Assembly (NCBI GenBank): GCA_965112635.1
Contig: OZ218778.1
Coordinates: 2,560,001 to 2,624,000 of the forward strand
Origin: an uncultured bacterium
Lineage (GTDB): Bacteria; Oederibacteriota; Oederibacteriia; Oederibacteriales; Oederibacteriaceae
Reading direction: 5' to 3'
Length of the DNA: 64,000 bases
Shown: piece after piece, positions 29,159-37,771 of the stretch
Layout: the number at the start of each line of letters is the position of its first letter
Numbering within the stretch: the stretch's first letter is position 1
Translations under genes and position numbers: made by a program
The notes under the pieces: model-generated
Told to the model about the DNA's origin: nothing
Seen by the model: only the letters and a program-made list of their open reading frames with translations
Databases searched by the model: none

Positions 29159-30103
29159 CTATCTCTTTTTTGCCATGAGCAAAACCATCACGGCTTTTTG
29201 CACATGCAGCCTGTTCTCGGCTTCGTCCCAAACCACTGAATGCTTGCCGTCCAGGACCGAAGAAGTGATCTCCTGTCCCCGGTGCGCCGGCAGGCAATGC
29301 ATGACCAGGCAGTCGGACTTGGCCTTTTTGACCAGCTGGTCATTGACCTGGAACCCGTCGAAATCCCTGACCCGCGCCTGTTCCTCGGCTTCCTGGCCCA
29401 TGCTGGTCCAAGTGTCCGTAATAATAACATCGCATCCCTTGACCGCTTCGCTGGCGTGATGACCGGCCTTGAGAACGGCTTTGCTCTTTAACGCGGCTTT
29501 GAGGGCCTTTTTCCAAACCTCATCCGGGCATTCATAACCCTCAGGGCAGGCCAGGGTGAAGCTAAAGCCCATTTTGGCCGCCAATTGCGCCCAGGAGTTA
29601 GCCACATTGTTGCCGTCCCCCACAAAGCACACTTTTAATTTTGAGATCGACTGCTTTTTTTCCATGATGGTCAGCAGGTCGGCCAGCACCTGGCAGGGAT
29701 GCTCCAGGTCGGTCAAACCATTAATAACCGGGACCGTGGCATGAGCGGCCAGGTTCACCACGTCCTGCTGGTCAAAGGTCCTGATGACGATGGCATCCAC
29801 GAACCTCGACAGCACCCGGGCCGTGTCCTGCACGGTCTCTCCCCGTCCCAGCTGCGTCTCCGCGTTGGTCAGAAAAAGGGCATGGCCTCCCAGCTGGTCC
29901 ATCCCCACTTCAAAGGACACCCGGGTCCGGGTGGACGGCTTTTGGAAGATCATGGCCAGGTTCTTGCCCTGCAGGGGCTGAAACTTCACCCCTTTTTTCA
30001 GCTTCCGCTTGATCTCCCGGGCGATCTTCATGATGAGCAGGATGTCCTCCTTGCTCAGGTCAGCCAAAGAGATCATATGTTTGTGCTTAAATTTGTTCTT
30101 CAT
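29159..30103 (-). CDS. argF: Ornithine carbamoyltransferase
   Basis: STRTR, HPCQ, WTSMG, HCLP motifs. Confidence 0.96.
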   Translation of the reverse strand: MKNKFKHKHMISLADLSKEDILLIMKIAREIKRKLKKGVKFQPLQGKNLAMIFQKPSTRTRVSFEVGMDQLGGHALFLTNAETQLGRGETVQDTARVLSRFVDAIVIRTFDQQDVVNLAAHATVPVINGLTDLEHPCQVLADLLTIMEKKQSISKLKVCFVGDGNNVANSWAQLAAKMGFSFTLACPEGYECPDEVWKKALKAALKSKAVLKAGHHASEAVKGCDVIITDTWTSMGQEAEEQARVRDFDGFQVNDQLVKKAKSDCLVMHCLPAHRGQEITSSVLDGKHSVVWDEAENRLHVQKAVMVLLMAKKR

Positions 30104-30132
30104 AATTCCCTCTTTCTATCTCCTCAATCAGA

Positions 30133-31326
30133 TTAGCCTACCATCAAAAAGGCTTTTTCCAAGACCTGGATGGCCTGGTTGATCTCCGCCTCGTTGCAAG
30201 TCAGGGGCGGCAGAAATCTCAGGGTCCTGTCCGCGGACGCGTTGAGGACCAATCCGGCCTCGAAACAGTGCCGCACGATGGCCTTGGCTTCGGCCTCCAC
30301 GTCCACGCCCACGATGAGCCCTTTGCCCCTGATCTCCGTAATATGCGTCACTCTTTTCCTCAATTCCTCCAGCTGGTCCAGCAGATACTGGCCCATCTTT
30401 TCAACGTGGCTGAGGATATTCTCTTCCTGGATGACCTCCAAAGTCGCCAGCCCGGCAGCGCAGGCCACCGGGTTGCCTCCCATGGTCGTGCCGTGGTCGC
30501 CCAGGCCGAAAGCCGAGACCACGTGCTCCCCGGCGACGCAGGCGCCCAGCGGCAAGCCTCCGCCAAGCCCTTTGGCCAGGGTCATGATGTCCGGCGTCAC
30601 GCCAAAATGCTGATAAGCGAACATCTTGCCGGTCCGCCCCAAACCGGTCTGGACCTCGTCAAATATGAGGAGCATCTTGTTCTTGTCGCACAACGCCCTC
30701 AAACCCTTGAAATACTCGGGCCCGGCCATCCTGACCCCGCCCTCTCCCTGGATGGGCTCGACCATCACGGCGCAAGTCCGTTCGTTGATGAGTTTTTCCA
30801 GGGCGCCCAGGTCGTTGAACGGCGCGTACTTGAACCCGAGCATGAGCGGTTCCAGGCCCTGGTGAAATTTGTGCTGGCCCGTGGCCGTCAAAGTCGCCAG
30901 GGTCCTGCCGTGGAACGAATTGTTCATCGTGATGATCTCGTAATGGTTAGGGCTCAGGTTCTTTTTGGCGTATTTCCGCGTCAGCTTGATGGCCGTCTCA
31001 TTGGCCTCGGCCCCGCTGTTGGTGTAAAAGACTTTGCCGGGAAAACTCAGGTCCAGCAGTTTCTTGGCCAGCTTGATCTGCGGCTCCAGGTAAAAAAGGT
31101 TGCTCGTATGCATCACCTTGGACGCCTGGGCCTTGACCGCCTCCACGACCCTGGGATGGCAGTGCCCGATCAGGCATACCGCCAGCCCGCCGAAAAAGTC
31201 CAAATACTCTTTGCCGTTGAGGTCCCATATCCGGGAACCTTGGGCCTTGTCCACCACCGCAGTGAACCGGTTAAAGGTCTGACCGATCACCTCTGATTCT
31301 AGCTTGATCAGTTCTTCGCTCGTCAT
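30133..31326 (-). CDS. argD: Acetylornithine aminotransferase
   Basis: NSGAEANE, FHGRT, EPIQGEGG, DEVQTG, AKGLGGG; arg operon context. Confidence 0.93.
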   Translation of the reverse strand: MTSEELIKLESEVIGQTFNRFTAVVDKAQGSRIWDLNGKEYLDFFGGLAVCLIGHCHPRVVEAVKAQASKVMHTSNLFYLEPQIKLAKKLLDLSFPGKVFYTNSGAEANETAIKLTRKYAKKNLSPNHYEIITMNNSFHGRTLATLTATGQHKFHQGLEPLMLGFKYAPFNDLGALEKLINERTCAVMVEPIQGEGGVRMAGPEYFKGLRALCDKNKMLLIFDEVQTGLGRTGKMFAYQHFGVTPDIMTLAKGLGGGLPLGACVAGEHVVSAFGLGDHGTTMGGNPVACAAGLATLEVIQEENILSHVEKMGQYLLDQLEELRKRVTHITEIRGKGLIVGVDVEAEAKAIVRHCFEAGLVLNASADRTLRFLPPLTCNEAEINQAIQVLEKAFLMVG

Positions 31327-31342
31327 ATTCCGTCCTTTGAAT

Positions 31343-32227
31343 TTAGTGTAGTATCTGTGTCCCCACGCCTTTGTCCGTGAATATTTCCAAAAGAATCGAA
31401 TGCATCACCCTGCCGTCGACCATGTGCGCCTTGGCCACCCCAGCCTTGAGGGCCCTGAGGCAGGACTTGACCTTGGGGATCATGCCTCCGTGGATGACTC
31501 CCTGCTTGATGAGCTTTTCCACCGCTACTCTGGTCAGAGACGAGGCCAGCTTTTGCCTTTTGCCCTTGCCGACAAGGATGCCCTGCACGTCCGTCAAAAA
31601 CACCACCTTGTGGGCCTGGAGCGCTACCGCCACCTCTGCCGCCACATGGTCGGCATTGATGTTGTAATATTGGCCGTCCGAACACTGGCCCAGGGGCGCG
31701 ACCACGGGGATCACCGCCTCGGGGCTGTTGATCAGTTTTTTGATCCTCCCTGTGTCCACCCTGGTCACTTCGCCCACAAATCCCAGGTCCTGTTTATTGC
31801 CCTTTTCGTCCTTGTGGTACTTTTTCCGCGCCTTGAGGAACAATGCCGTCCCCTTCTTATCCGCGATGCCTTGGGCAGTTCCGCCGCTTTTGGCCAGCAA
31901 GCCCACCAGCTCTGCGTTGATCTTTTTCATCACCTTAGCCGTGATCCTCAAGGTCTCGGCGTCCGTCACCCTCATCCCGTGGACAAAATGGGGTTTTTTG
32001 CCCAGCCTTTGCATTTCCCTGGTGATATCCGGCCCTCCGCCGTGCACCAGCACCGGATGGATACCCACGCACTTTAAAAAAACCAGGTCCAGGCAGATAT
32101 TGCGCACGACTTCCGAATACCCCAGGGTGCTGCCTCCGTACTTGATGACAAAAGTCTTGCCCTGGAACGATTTGATATAAGGAAGCGCCTCTGTCAGGAC
32201 AGCGGCCTTCTTGATGAATCTCTCCAC
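31343..32227 (-). CDS. argB: Acetylglutamate kinase
   Basis: VIKYGG, HGGGP, GMRVTD, NINAD, GGMIPK. Start placed at GTG 32227, 5 nt after GGAGG. Confidence 0.95.
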   Translation of the reverse strand: MERFIKKAAVLTEALPYIKSFQGKTFVIKYGGSTLGYSEVVRNICLDLVFLKCVGIHPVLVHGGGPDITREMQRLGKKPHFVHGMRVTDAETLRITAKVMKKINAELVGLLAKSGGTAQGIADKKGTALFLKARKKYHKDEKGNKQDLGFVGEVTRVDTGRIKKLINSPEAVIPVVAPLGQCSDGQYYNINADHVAAEVAVALQAHKVVFLTDVQGILVGKGKRQKLASSLTRVAVEKLIKQGVIHGGMIPKVKSCLRALKAGVAKAHMVDGRVMHSILLEIFTDKGVGTQILH

Positions 32228-32237
32228 TAAAACCTCC

Positions 32238-32338
32238 AAAATGAAAACCCCGCAACAAAAGTCCGCGGGGCACTACCCCTCGCCCCGTTTGCGGGGAGAG
32301 CGACCTTCATATTTTAGAAAAACAAAAGCATTGTAACA
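32238..32338 (-). promoter_or_regulatory. arg operon promoter/leader: extended -10 and two GC-rich hairpins, the second terminator-like
   Basis: Minus strand: TGtTACAAT (32338..32330), hairpin CTCTCCCCGCAAACGGGGCGAG, then CCCCGCGGAC-TTTT-GTTGCGGGG followed by TTTTCATTTT just before the argB RBS. Confidence 0.5.
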
Positions 32339-32380
32339 TGACTGGGGGGAGTTCTAAAAGACCTATTAAAAAAGCGTTAC

Positions 32381-33280
32381 CTAGGCCCTGGGGTGGGCTT
32401 TGCGGTAAACGCTTTTGAGGTGCTCAATGCTGACATGGGTGTAGATCTGGGTCGTGACCAGGTTGGCATGGCCCAGCAATTCCTGGACGATACGGATATC
32501 CGCTCCGGCGTCCAGCAAGTGCGTGGCAAACGTGTGCCGCATGGTATGGGGGCTGATGTGCCGGCCCAGAGAGGCCTGTCTGGAATAGCGGTCCAGCATC
32601 CTCCGGATGTTCCGGTCGGTCAGTCTGCCACCCCGGTTGTTCAGAAAAAGCGCCTCCTGGCCGGGGCTTTTTTTCCCGGCCAGCTCGTCCCGGAAAGGGA
32701 GATAGTTTTTTAGGGCCTCCAAAGCCTTGTCTCCCAGCATGGCTACCCTCTCCTTGCGGCCCTTGCCCACTACCCTGAAAGTGCCCTCCTCATAATCAAT
32801 ACTCCTCTTGTTGAGCGAGACCAGCTCGGCGACGCGTATGCCGCTGGAGTACAAAACCTCCAGGATGGCCTTGTCCCTGGCGCCCGCAGGGGTGTGCCCA
32901 TCCGGGCAACCCAGCAAGGCGTTGACCTCCTCGATGCTCAGGAACGAGGGCAGCCTCTTTTTTTGTTTGGGGTTGGACAGGCGGATGGTGGGATTGGCCT
33001 TGACCAGCTTCCGCTTGATCAGAAATCGGTAAAAAGAGCGCAAGGCCGAAAGTTTCCTGCCGATAGAGGTCGACTCATAGCCGTTGAACTGCAAATGGGC
33101 GAGAAAATCGCTGAAGATCGGATAATCGCACTGGCCGGCCCTGTCGACCTTGAACTGTTCCTTGACGAAACCGGCGAACTGCTTCAGATCCGCCCCGTAG
33201 TGCCGGACCGTCTCTCCCGAGCGGTTGCGCTGGATCTGAAGGTACTCCAGATATTGTTTTATCTCTTCTTTAAAAGCCAT
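32381..33280 (-). CDS. xerC: Tyrosine recombinase XerC/XerD type
   Basis: SAM-like N-terminal domain; RDKAILEVLYSSGIRVAEL, GKGRKER, HTMRHTFATHLL, LLGH, TTQIYTH. Confidence 0.88.
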   Translation of the reverse strand: MAFKEEIKQYLEYLQIQRNRSGETVRHYGADLKQFAGFVKEQFKVDRAGQCDYPIFSDFLAHLQFNGYESTSIGRKLSALRSFYRFLIKRKLVKANPTIRLSNPKQKKRLPSFLSIEEVNALLGCPDGHTPAGARDKAILEVLYSSGIRVAELVSLNKRSIDYEEGTFRVVGKGRKERVAMLGDKALEALKNYLPFRDELAGKKSPGQEALFLNNRGGRLTDRNIRRMLDRYSRQASLGRHISPHTMRHTFATHLLDAGADIRIVQELLGHANLVTTQIYTHVSIEHLKSVYRKAHPRA

Positions 33281-33310
33281 CTCGTCAATTCCCTCGATCT
33301 GCGGGGATCA

Positions 33311-33712
33311 CTAAAAGCAGACCACCCTGTCGCTCTGTCGTACGATGTCGTACATATCATCCAGACAGCCGATGGGGCAAACTTTGGTACTGTCCTGGCC
33401 CCTCAGCTGCATGCAGGTCCCGCAGCCCACGATCAAACCCCCGGCTTTGAGGAACGCGTCGGCTTGCTCTTTGATATTGAACTGCTTGGTCCCCGCCTTT
33501 TCCAGCTCCACGCCCTTGCCCAGCAAAAATATCCTTACCGTATCGTTCTTGGCCATGCATTGGTTGGCGAAACGAAGAGCGTTCCAGCAGGTCTCCGGGT
33601 CATTGCTCTGGACAATAACACCTATCTTGAGAGGCCTAGCCTCTTCTGCGGCCCCCACCCAGCCTGCCGCTAGCAACAGAATGAACAACAGGAACAAAAC
33701 GATTTTTTTCAT
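33311..33712 (-). CDS. DsrE-family protein with N-terminal signal peptide
   Basis: WNALRFAN, VRIFLLGKGVE, GCGTCMQLR; hydrophobic leader ending GWVGA|AEE. Confidence 0.75.
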   Translation of the reverse strand: MKKIVLFLLFILLLAAGWVGAAEEARPLKIGVIVQSNDPETCWNALRFANQCMAKNDTVRIFLLGKGVELEKAGTKQFNIKEQADAFLKAGGLIVGCGTCMQLRGQDSTKVCPIGCLDDMYDIVRQSDRVVCF

Positions 33713-33816
33713 TTTTCCTCCTTATATTTTTTGCTAGAGCTTGTGCCATAGAACTGCCATGAAATCCCGGCCGCTGCGTCTTAGGACAAAAGGAAAGATC
33801 GAAGGAAACCCTTTGG

Positions 33817-33854
33817 AAAAGAAAAAGGGGCCGACCTTTTCTCGTCCCCTTTTC
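33817..33854 (-). terminator. Putative intrinsic terminator downstream of the outer-membrane protein gene
   Basis: Imperfect stem AAAAGGGGACGA...TCGGCCCCTTTT followed by TCTTTT on the minus strand. Confidence 0.5.
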
Positions 33855-33865
33855 AGTACTTCTCT

Positions 33866-34420
33866 CTAAAAGAATTCGAGACCCAGATGCAAGCCGATCT
33901 GGCCCATGCTTTCCGAACCCCAATCGCTTTCCGGGCCAAGCAGAAAGTAGTCGCACCCGAAATTGATCGCCGTGTCGTGGTTTCTGAAGCACAAAAGGTC
34001 TATCCTAGGGTCCACGGCGAGCTCGACTCCGTTATGGACATCATGGGTTGTACCGGACATGAGAATGTCCCATTTGCTGAAAGCCACCCCGAACCCGACG
34101 CTGGTGGTCAAATTGACGTTGTCACTGAGCTTGATGTTCCAACCCACGCCGAAAAGCGGGGCGATGCTCATGATCTTGTAGGTGGTGTCGGTCTGACTGG
34201 GCACAAGCATCGAATGCAGGTAGATGGAGATTTCGCTGTCCGGGGCTAGGTATTCCAGGCCCATTTCGTTGCTGATACCCACGGGATAATCCGAGCTGAT
34301 GACATAGGGGCTGGTCGGATTTACGGCGCCAAAATTCAGCAGGGCGCCCCACTGGCCCTCATCCGCCCAAGCCTGGGAAAAACCCAAGAAAATCACTAGG
34401 ACAAACAATAAACGCTTCAT
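33866..34420 (-). CDS. Small outer-membrane beta-barrel protein
   Basis: Signal peptide AWA|DE, amphipathic beta-strand pattern, C-terminal LGLEFF barrel signature. Confidence 0.7.
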   Translation of the reverse strand: MKRLLFVLVIFLGFSQAWADEGQWGALLNFGAVNPTSPYVISSDYPVGISNEMGLEYLAPDSEISIYLHSMLVPSQTDTTYKIMSIAPLFGVGWNIKLSDNVNLTTSVGFGVAFSKWDILMSGTTHDVHNGVELAVDPRIDLLCFRNHDTAINFGCDYFLLGPESDWGSESMGQIGLHLGLEFF

Positions 34421-34626
34421 GTTCCCTCCTTTTGCCCCGACAACTTTTATAAATTATAACTCTTACAGGACGAAAAGATAGCCTCGGCCAACCTCACCGA
34501 GGACGCGTTAAACAGGCTTGAACAGACGATAAACCACTTGTTTTTTGGTTTAAATAGCATAAAATATTAATCCAGTTTTGATTTTAACGAGAAACCAAAC
34601 AAATTCTAATTAGAGGAGGATTTACC

Positions 34627-35262
34627 ATGGCAGATCTATCCGCGTTATCCCAGGCCGTAGAAAATGGGAAAAAAGCCCAGGCTGAAGAGCTGACCCGTAA
34701 AGCGATCCAGGAAGGCATCGCACCCGGAGAGATCGTGGATAAAGCCCTCATCCCTGCCATGCATACCGTAGGCGAAAAATTCAAGAACGGTGAATATTTC
34801 GTCCCCGAAATGCTAATCGCCGCCAGGGCTATGGGCGCGGCCATGGAGATCATCAAGCCTGCCTTGATCAAGAGCGACTATAAACCGATCGGTAAAGTGG
34901 TCATCGGCACCGTGCGGGGCGACCTGCACGATATCGGCAAGAACCTCGTCAAGATGATGCTGGGCGGCGCGGGTTTTGAGGTCGTTGACCTCGGCGTGGA
35001 TGTGGCGCCGGAGAAATTCGTGGATGCCATCAAACAACACCAACCTCAGGTTGTGGCCATGTCAGCCCTGCTTACCACCACCATGCTGGCCATGCCGGAT
35101 ACCATCAAGGCCATCGCCAGTGCCGGCGAACGCAGCAAGGTCAAGGTCATCATCGGCGGCGCTGCGGTGACGGATTCTTTTGCCAAGGACATTACCGCGG
35201 ACGGATACAGCCAGGACGCTCATTCCGCCGTGGAGTTGGCTAAAAAGCTCATCGGCAAATAA
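34627..35262 (+). CDS. Cobalamin-binding corrinoid protein (MetH cap + B12 domain / MtbC-like)
   Basis: GEYFVPEML, GDLHDIGKNLV (DxHxxG), SALLTTTM, IIGGAAV; strong RBS. Confidence 0.93.
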   Translation: MADLSALSQAVENGKKAQAEELTRKAIQEGIAPGEIVDKALIPAMHTVGEKFKNGEYFVPEMLIAARAMGAAMEIIKPALIKSDYKPIGKVVIGTVRGDLHDIGKNLVKMMLGGAGFEVVDLGVDVAPEKFVDAIKQHQPQVVAMSALLTTTMLAMPDTIKAIASAGERSKVKVIIGGAAVTDSFAKDITADGYSQDAHSAVELAKKLIGK

Positions 35263-35263
35263 C

Positions 35264-35288
35264 CCTCTTTCCGGCGAAAGAGGTCTTT
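35264..35288 (+). terminator. Hairpin / weak intrinsic terminator between the corrinoid protein and its activator
   Basis: CCTCTTTC-CGGC-GAAAGAGG followed by TCTTT. Confidence 0.5.
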
Positions 35289-35305
35289 AATCCAGGGGAA
35301 ACAAC

Positions 35306-36832
35306 TTGCCTCACCTCATCCACATTTTAGTGGAACCCCTTCACGCTCTGATCGATATAAAACCGGGGTCTTTATTGGCCGACGCGCTGGTCTTGCACGG
35401 CGTCGAGTTCCCCTGCGGCGGAAGAGGGGTTTGCCGGGGCTGCATGATCAAAGTGATCAAAGGCCGCCTTGAAGAGACCCTCCTCGATAAGGAAATCCTG
35501 ACTTCCCACGAAAGGGCCGAAGGCTGGCGTCTTTGCTGCCAGGCCCGTCCCACCGAGGACATGACCATCCAACTCAAACAATGGTCCGCCCTCATCCTCA
35601 CGGACGATTCCAAATTTTCCTTCACGCCGAGCCAGGGGCTGGGCATCGCCGTTGACCTCGGGACCACGACCATGGTGGCCCAGCTTTTGGACCTCTCTTC
35701 TTCCAGGATATTGGCGACAGAGGCGTCCCTAAATCCCCAGGCCAGGTTCGGCGCTGATATCATGAGTCGTATCGCCGCGGCCATGGCCGAGGATGGATTG
35801 GAACACCTGAAAAACCTTGTCCGCCACCAGATCGCCTTGATGGTCAAACATCTGTTGAAATCAGCCCCCTCCGGAATGCCGGTTGTCCGCGCGTCCCTAG
35901 TCGGGAATACGGTCATGCACCACCTTTTCCTGGGTTATGATGTCGCGGCCCTGTCCCATTATCCCTTTCAGTCAGCCTATATGGACGGGGTTTCCCTCAA
36001 AGGGGCCGAACTAGGATGGGAAGGCGCGACCCGGGAAACAGAGGTCTTTTTCCTCCCTAATCTGGGCGGGTTTGTGGGAAGCGATATCCTGGGCGTGATA
36101 ATCGCCACCCGCCTTTACGAATCCAAAGAGATGGTGGGCGCCGCCGACCTCGGCACGAACGGCGAGATCATCTTCGGGAATAAGGACCGTATCCTCGTGT
36201 CTTCAACCGCTGCCGGACCCGCTTTTGAGGGCGCGAAGATATCCCAGGGAATGCGCGCGGCCAAAGGCGCCATAGACCGCGTTTTCATCGACAACGGCAA
36301 GCTTTCCGTGCATGTCATCGGCGGAAGCAGAGCGCAGGGCATCTGCGGAAGCGGCCTGGTCGACGCCGTTTGCTGCTGCCTCAAACTGGGGCTGATCTCT
36401 CCCTTTGGAAGGATCAAATCCGAACCGCTCACGCTCAAGGAACCGGTCAAATTGCTGCAAAAGGACGTGAGGGAATTGCAGTTGGCCAAAGGCGCCATCG
36501 CCTCAGGTATAAAAATATTGATGGAGTCCTTGGATCTCAAGCCTGAAGAGGTGGCGCAGTTCTATCTTGCCGGAGCGTTCGGTAACAGCCTCAACGTGGA
36601 GGCCAGCGAGTATATCGGGCTGCTTCCCTTGCCCGCTTCCATCGTCAAGGCAGTCGGCAACGCCGCCCTGCTGGGGGCCAAGATGACTCTCTTTATGCCC
36701 GAGGGCGGAAAAAAACTGGTCTCGTCCATCCTGCCCAAGGTCAAGCACTTGTCCCTGGAACAGTCCCCTGCCTTCCAAAACCTTTTTGTCGATTCTATGA
36801 AATTCGACAGGAATATGTTCAAAATGGTATGA
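35306..36832 (+). CDS. RACo-type ATP-dependent reductive activator of corrinoid proteins (2Fe-2S + ASKHA/DUF4445)
   Basis: CGGRGVCRGC...RLCC, DLGTTT, GADIMSRI, DLGTNGE, AGPAFEG, GICGSG, LAGAFG. Confidence 0.92.
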   Translation: MPHLIHILVEPLHALIDIKPGSLLADALVLHGVEFPCGGRGVCRGCMIKVIKGRLEETLLDKEILTSHERAEGWRLCCQARPTEDMTIQLKQWSALILTDDSKFSFTPSQGLGIAVDLGTTTMVAQLLDLSSSRILATEASLNPQARFGADIMSRIAAAMAEDGLEHLKNLVRHQIALMVKHLLKSAPSGMPVVRASLVGNTVMHHLFLGYDVAALSHYPFQSAYMDGVSLKGAELGWEGATRETEVFFLPNLGGFVGSDILGVIIATRLYESKEMVGAADLGTNGEIIFGNKDRILVSSTAAGPAFEGAKISQGMRAAKGAIDRVFIDNGKLSVHVIGGSRAQGICGSGLVDAVCCCLKLGLISPFGRIKSEPLTLKEPVKLLQKDVRELQLAKGAIASGIKILMESLDLKPEEVAQFYLAGAFGNSLNVEASEYIGLLPLPASIVKAVGNAALLGAKMTLFMPEGGKKLVSSILPKVKHLSLEQSPAFQNLFVDSMKFDRNMFKMV

Positions 36833-36859
36833 TTGTGGGAGTTTAGAAAGGAGTTTTTG

Positions 36860-37741
36860 ATGCTGGCCAAGGATGTCTTTCTAGAACGCCTAAAAAAAGG
36901 CCCTGTTTTGCTTGATGGCGCCATGGGCACCGAACTGATGAATGCAGGCCTGTCGTCTGCCGAGGTCCCGGAATTATGGAACCTGACGAACACGGCAGCG
37001 GTCCAGAAGGTGCACCTCTCCTACGACAAAGCTGGGGCTGAAATACTCTACACCAATTCTTTTGGCGGCAACGCCATAAAACTGGCCAAGGCCGGCCAGG
37101 AAAATAAAGTTGAGGAGCTCAACACGGCCGCCGTGGCCATAGCCCGCAAATCACAGGTCAATTCCAAATGGGTGGCCGGCTCCATGGGCCCCCTGGGTGA
37201 ATTGATGGAACCCTACGGCGATATCACTGAGGAATCCGCGAAAAAGGCTTTTTTCCAGCAGGCCCAGGTGCTTTTAAAAGCGGGGGCGGATATCATCGTC
37301 GTCGAATCGCACACCGACCTGAACGAAGCCAGCATGGCCGTGGCTGAGGCACGCCGTGCTGGAGCCGAGGTCATTTTAGCCAGTATGACCTTTGAAGGGC
37401 CTGAAAGGGACTTTCGCACGATCATGGGCGCCACCCCCGAAAAGAGCGTGGAAACCTTGCTCCAGCAAGGGGCGACCGTGGTGGGGGCTAACTGCGGCAA
37501 GGCGCTGGCTCACAACATTGAAGTGATCAAAAGGATGCACCGAGCTTACCCCGGCCCTCTGATGGCAAAATTTAACGCGGGTCTGCCTAACTATATTGAG
37601 GGAAAGATCGTTTATTCCGTGACACCGGAAGAGTTTGCCCGGGAACTCTCTCCCCTAGTACAGCAAGGGGTCGCTCTCCTTGGCGGCTGCTGCGGGACAA
37701 CCCCCCAACATATAGCGGCGCTTGCCCAATCGCTGAAGTAA
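36860..37741 (+). CDS. Stand-alone homocysteine S-methyltransferase domain protein
   Basis: LLDGAMGTEL, TNSFG, GSMGP, GANC, NAGLP, GGCCGTTP zinc-site motifs; ATG at 36860 after an AGGAG RBS. Confidence 0.9.
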   Translation: MLAKDVFLERLKKGPVLLDGAMGTELMNAGLSSAEVPELWNLTNTAAVQKVHLSYDKAGAEILYTNSFGGNAIKLAKAGQENKVEELNTAAVAIARKSQVNSKWVAGSMGPLGELMEPYGDITEESAKKAFFQQAQVLLKAGADIIVVESHTDLNEASMAVAEARRAGAEVILASMTFEGPERDFRTIMGATPEKSVETLLQQGATVVGANCGKALAHNIEVIKRMHRAYPGPLMAKFNAGLPNYIEGKIVYSVTPEEFARELSPLVQQGVALLGGCCGTTPQHIAALAQSLK

Positions 37742-37771
37742 CCTAGCTGCCCGAAATCCACGGCATCAAGT

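Noticed and set aside
32381-33280. Phage or integron integrase marking a mobile element
   Set aside because: Size and motifs fit chromosomal XerC/D; no IntI-specific insertion, attC array, flanking tRNA or phage genes seen.
20186-33673. Other long opposite-strand ORFs (20186..21184, 21829..22596, 23693..24523, 30268..31296, 32894..33673)
   Set aside because: They overlap well-supported genes and are expected by-products of high GC3.
33744-33760. Sigma54 promoter (TGGCAG-N5-TGGCA) upstream of the DsrE gene
   Set aside because: The -12 element departs from TTGC, and the neighbouring TGGCAC match has the wrong spacing; too weak to call.
34421-34626. Cobalamin or SAM riboswitch upstream of the corrinoid operon
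   Set aside because: No B12-box or S-box consensus is recognisable; the spacer is AT-rich and promoter-like.
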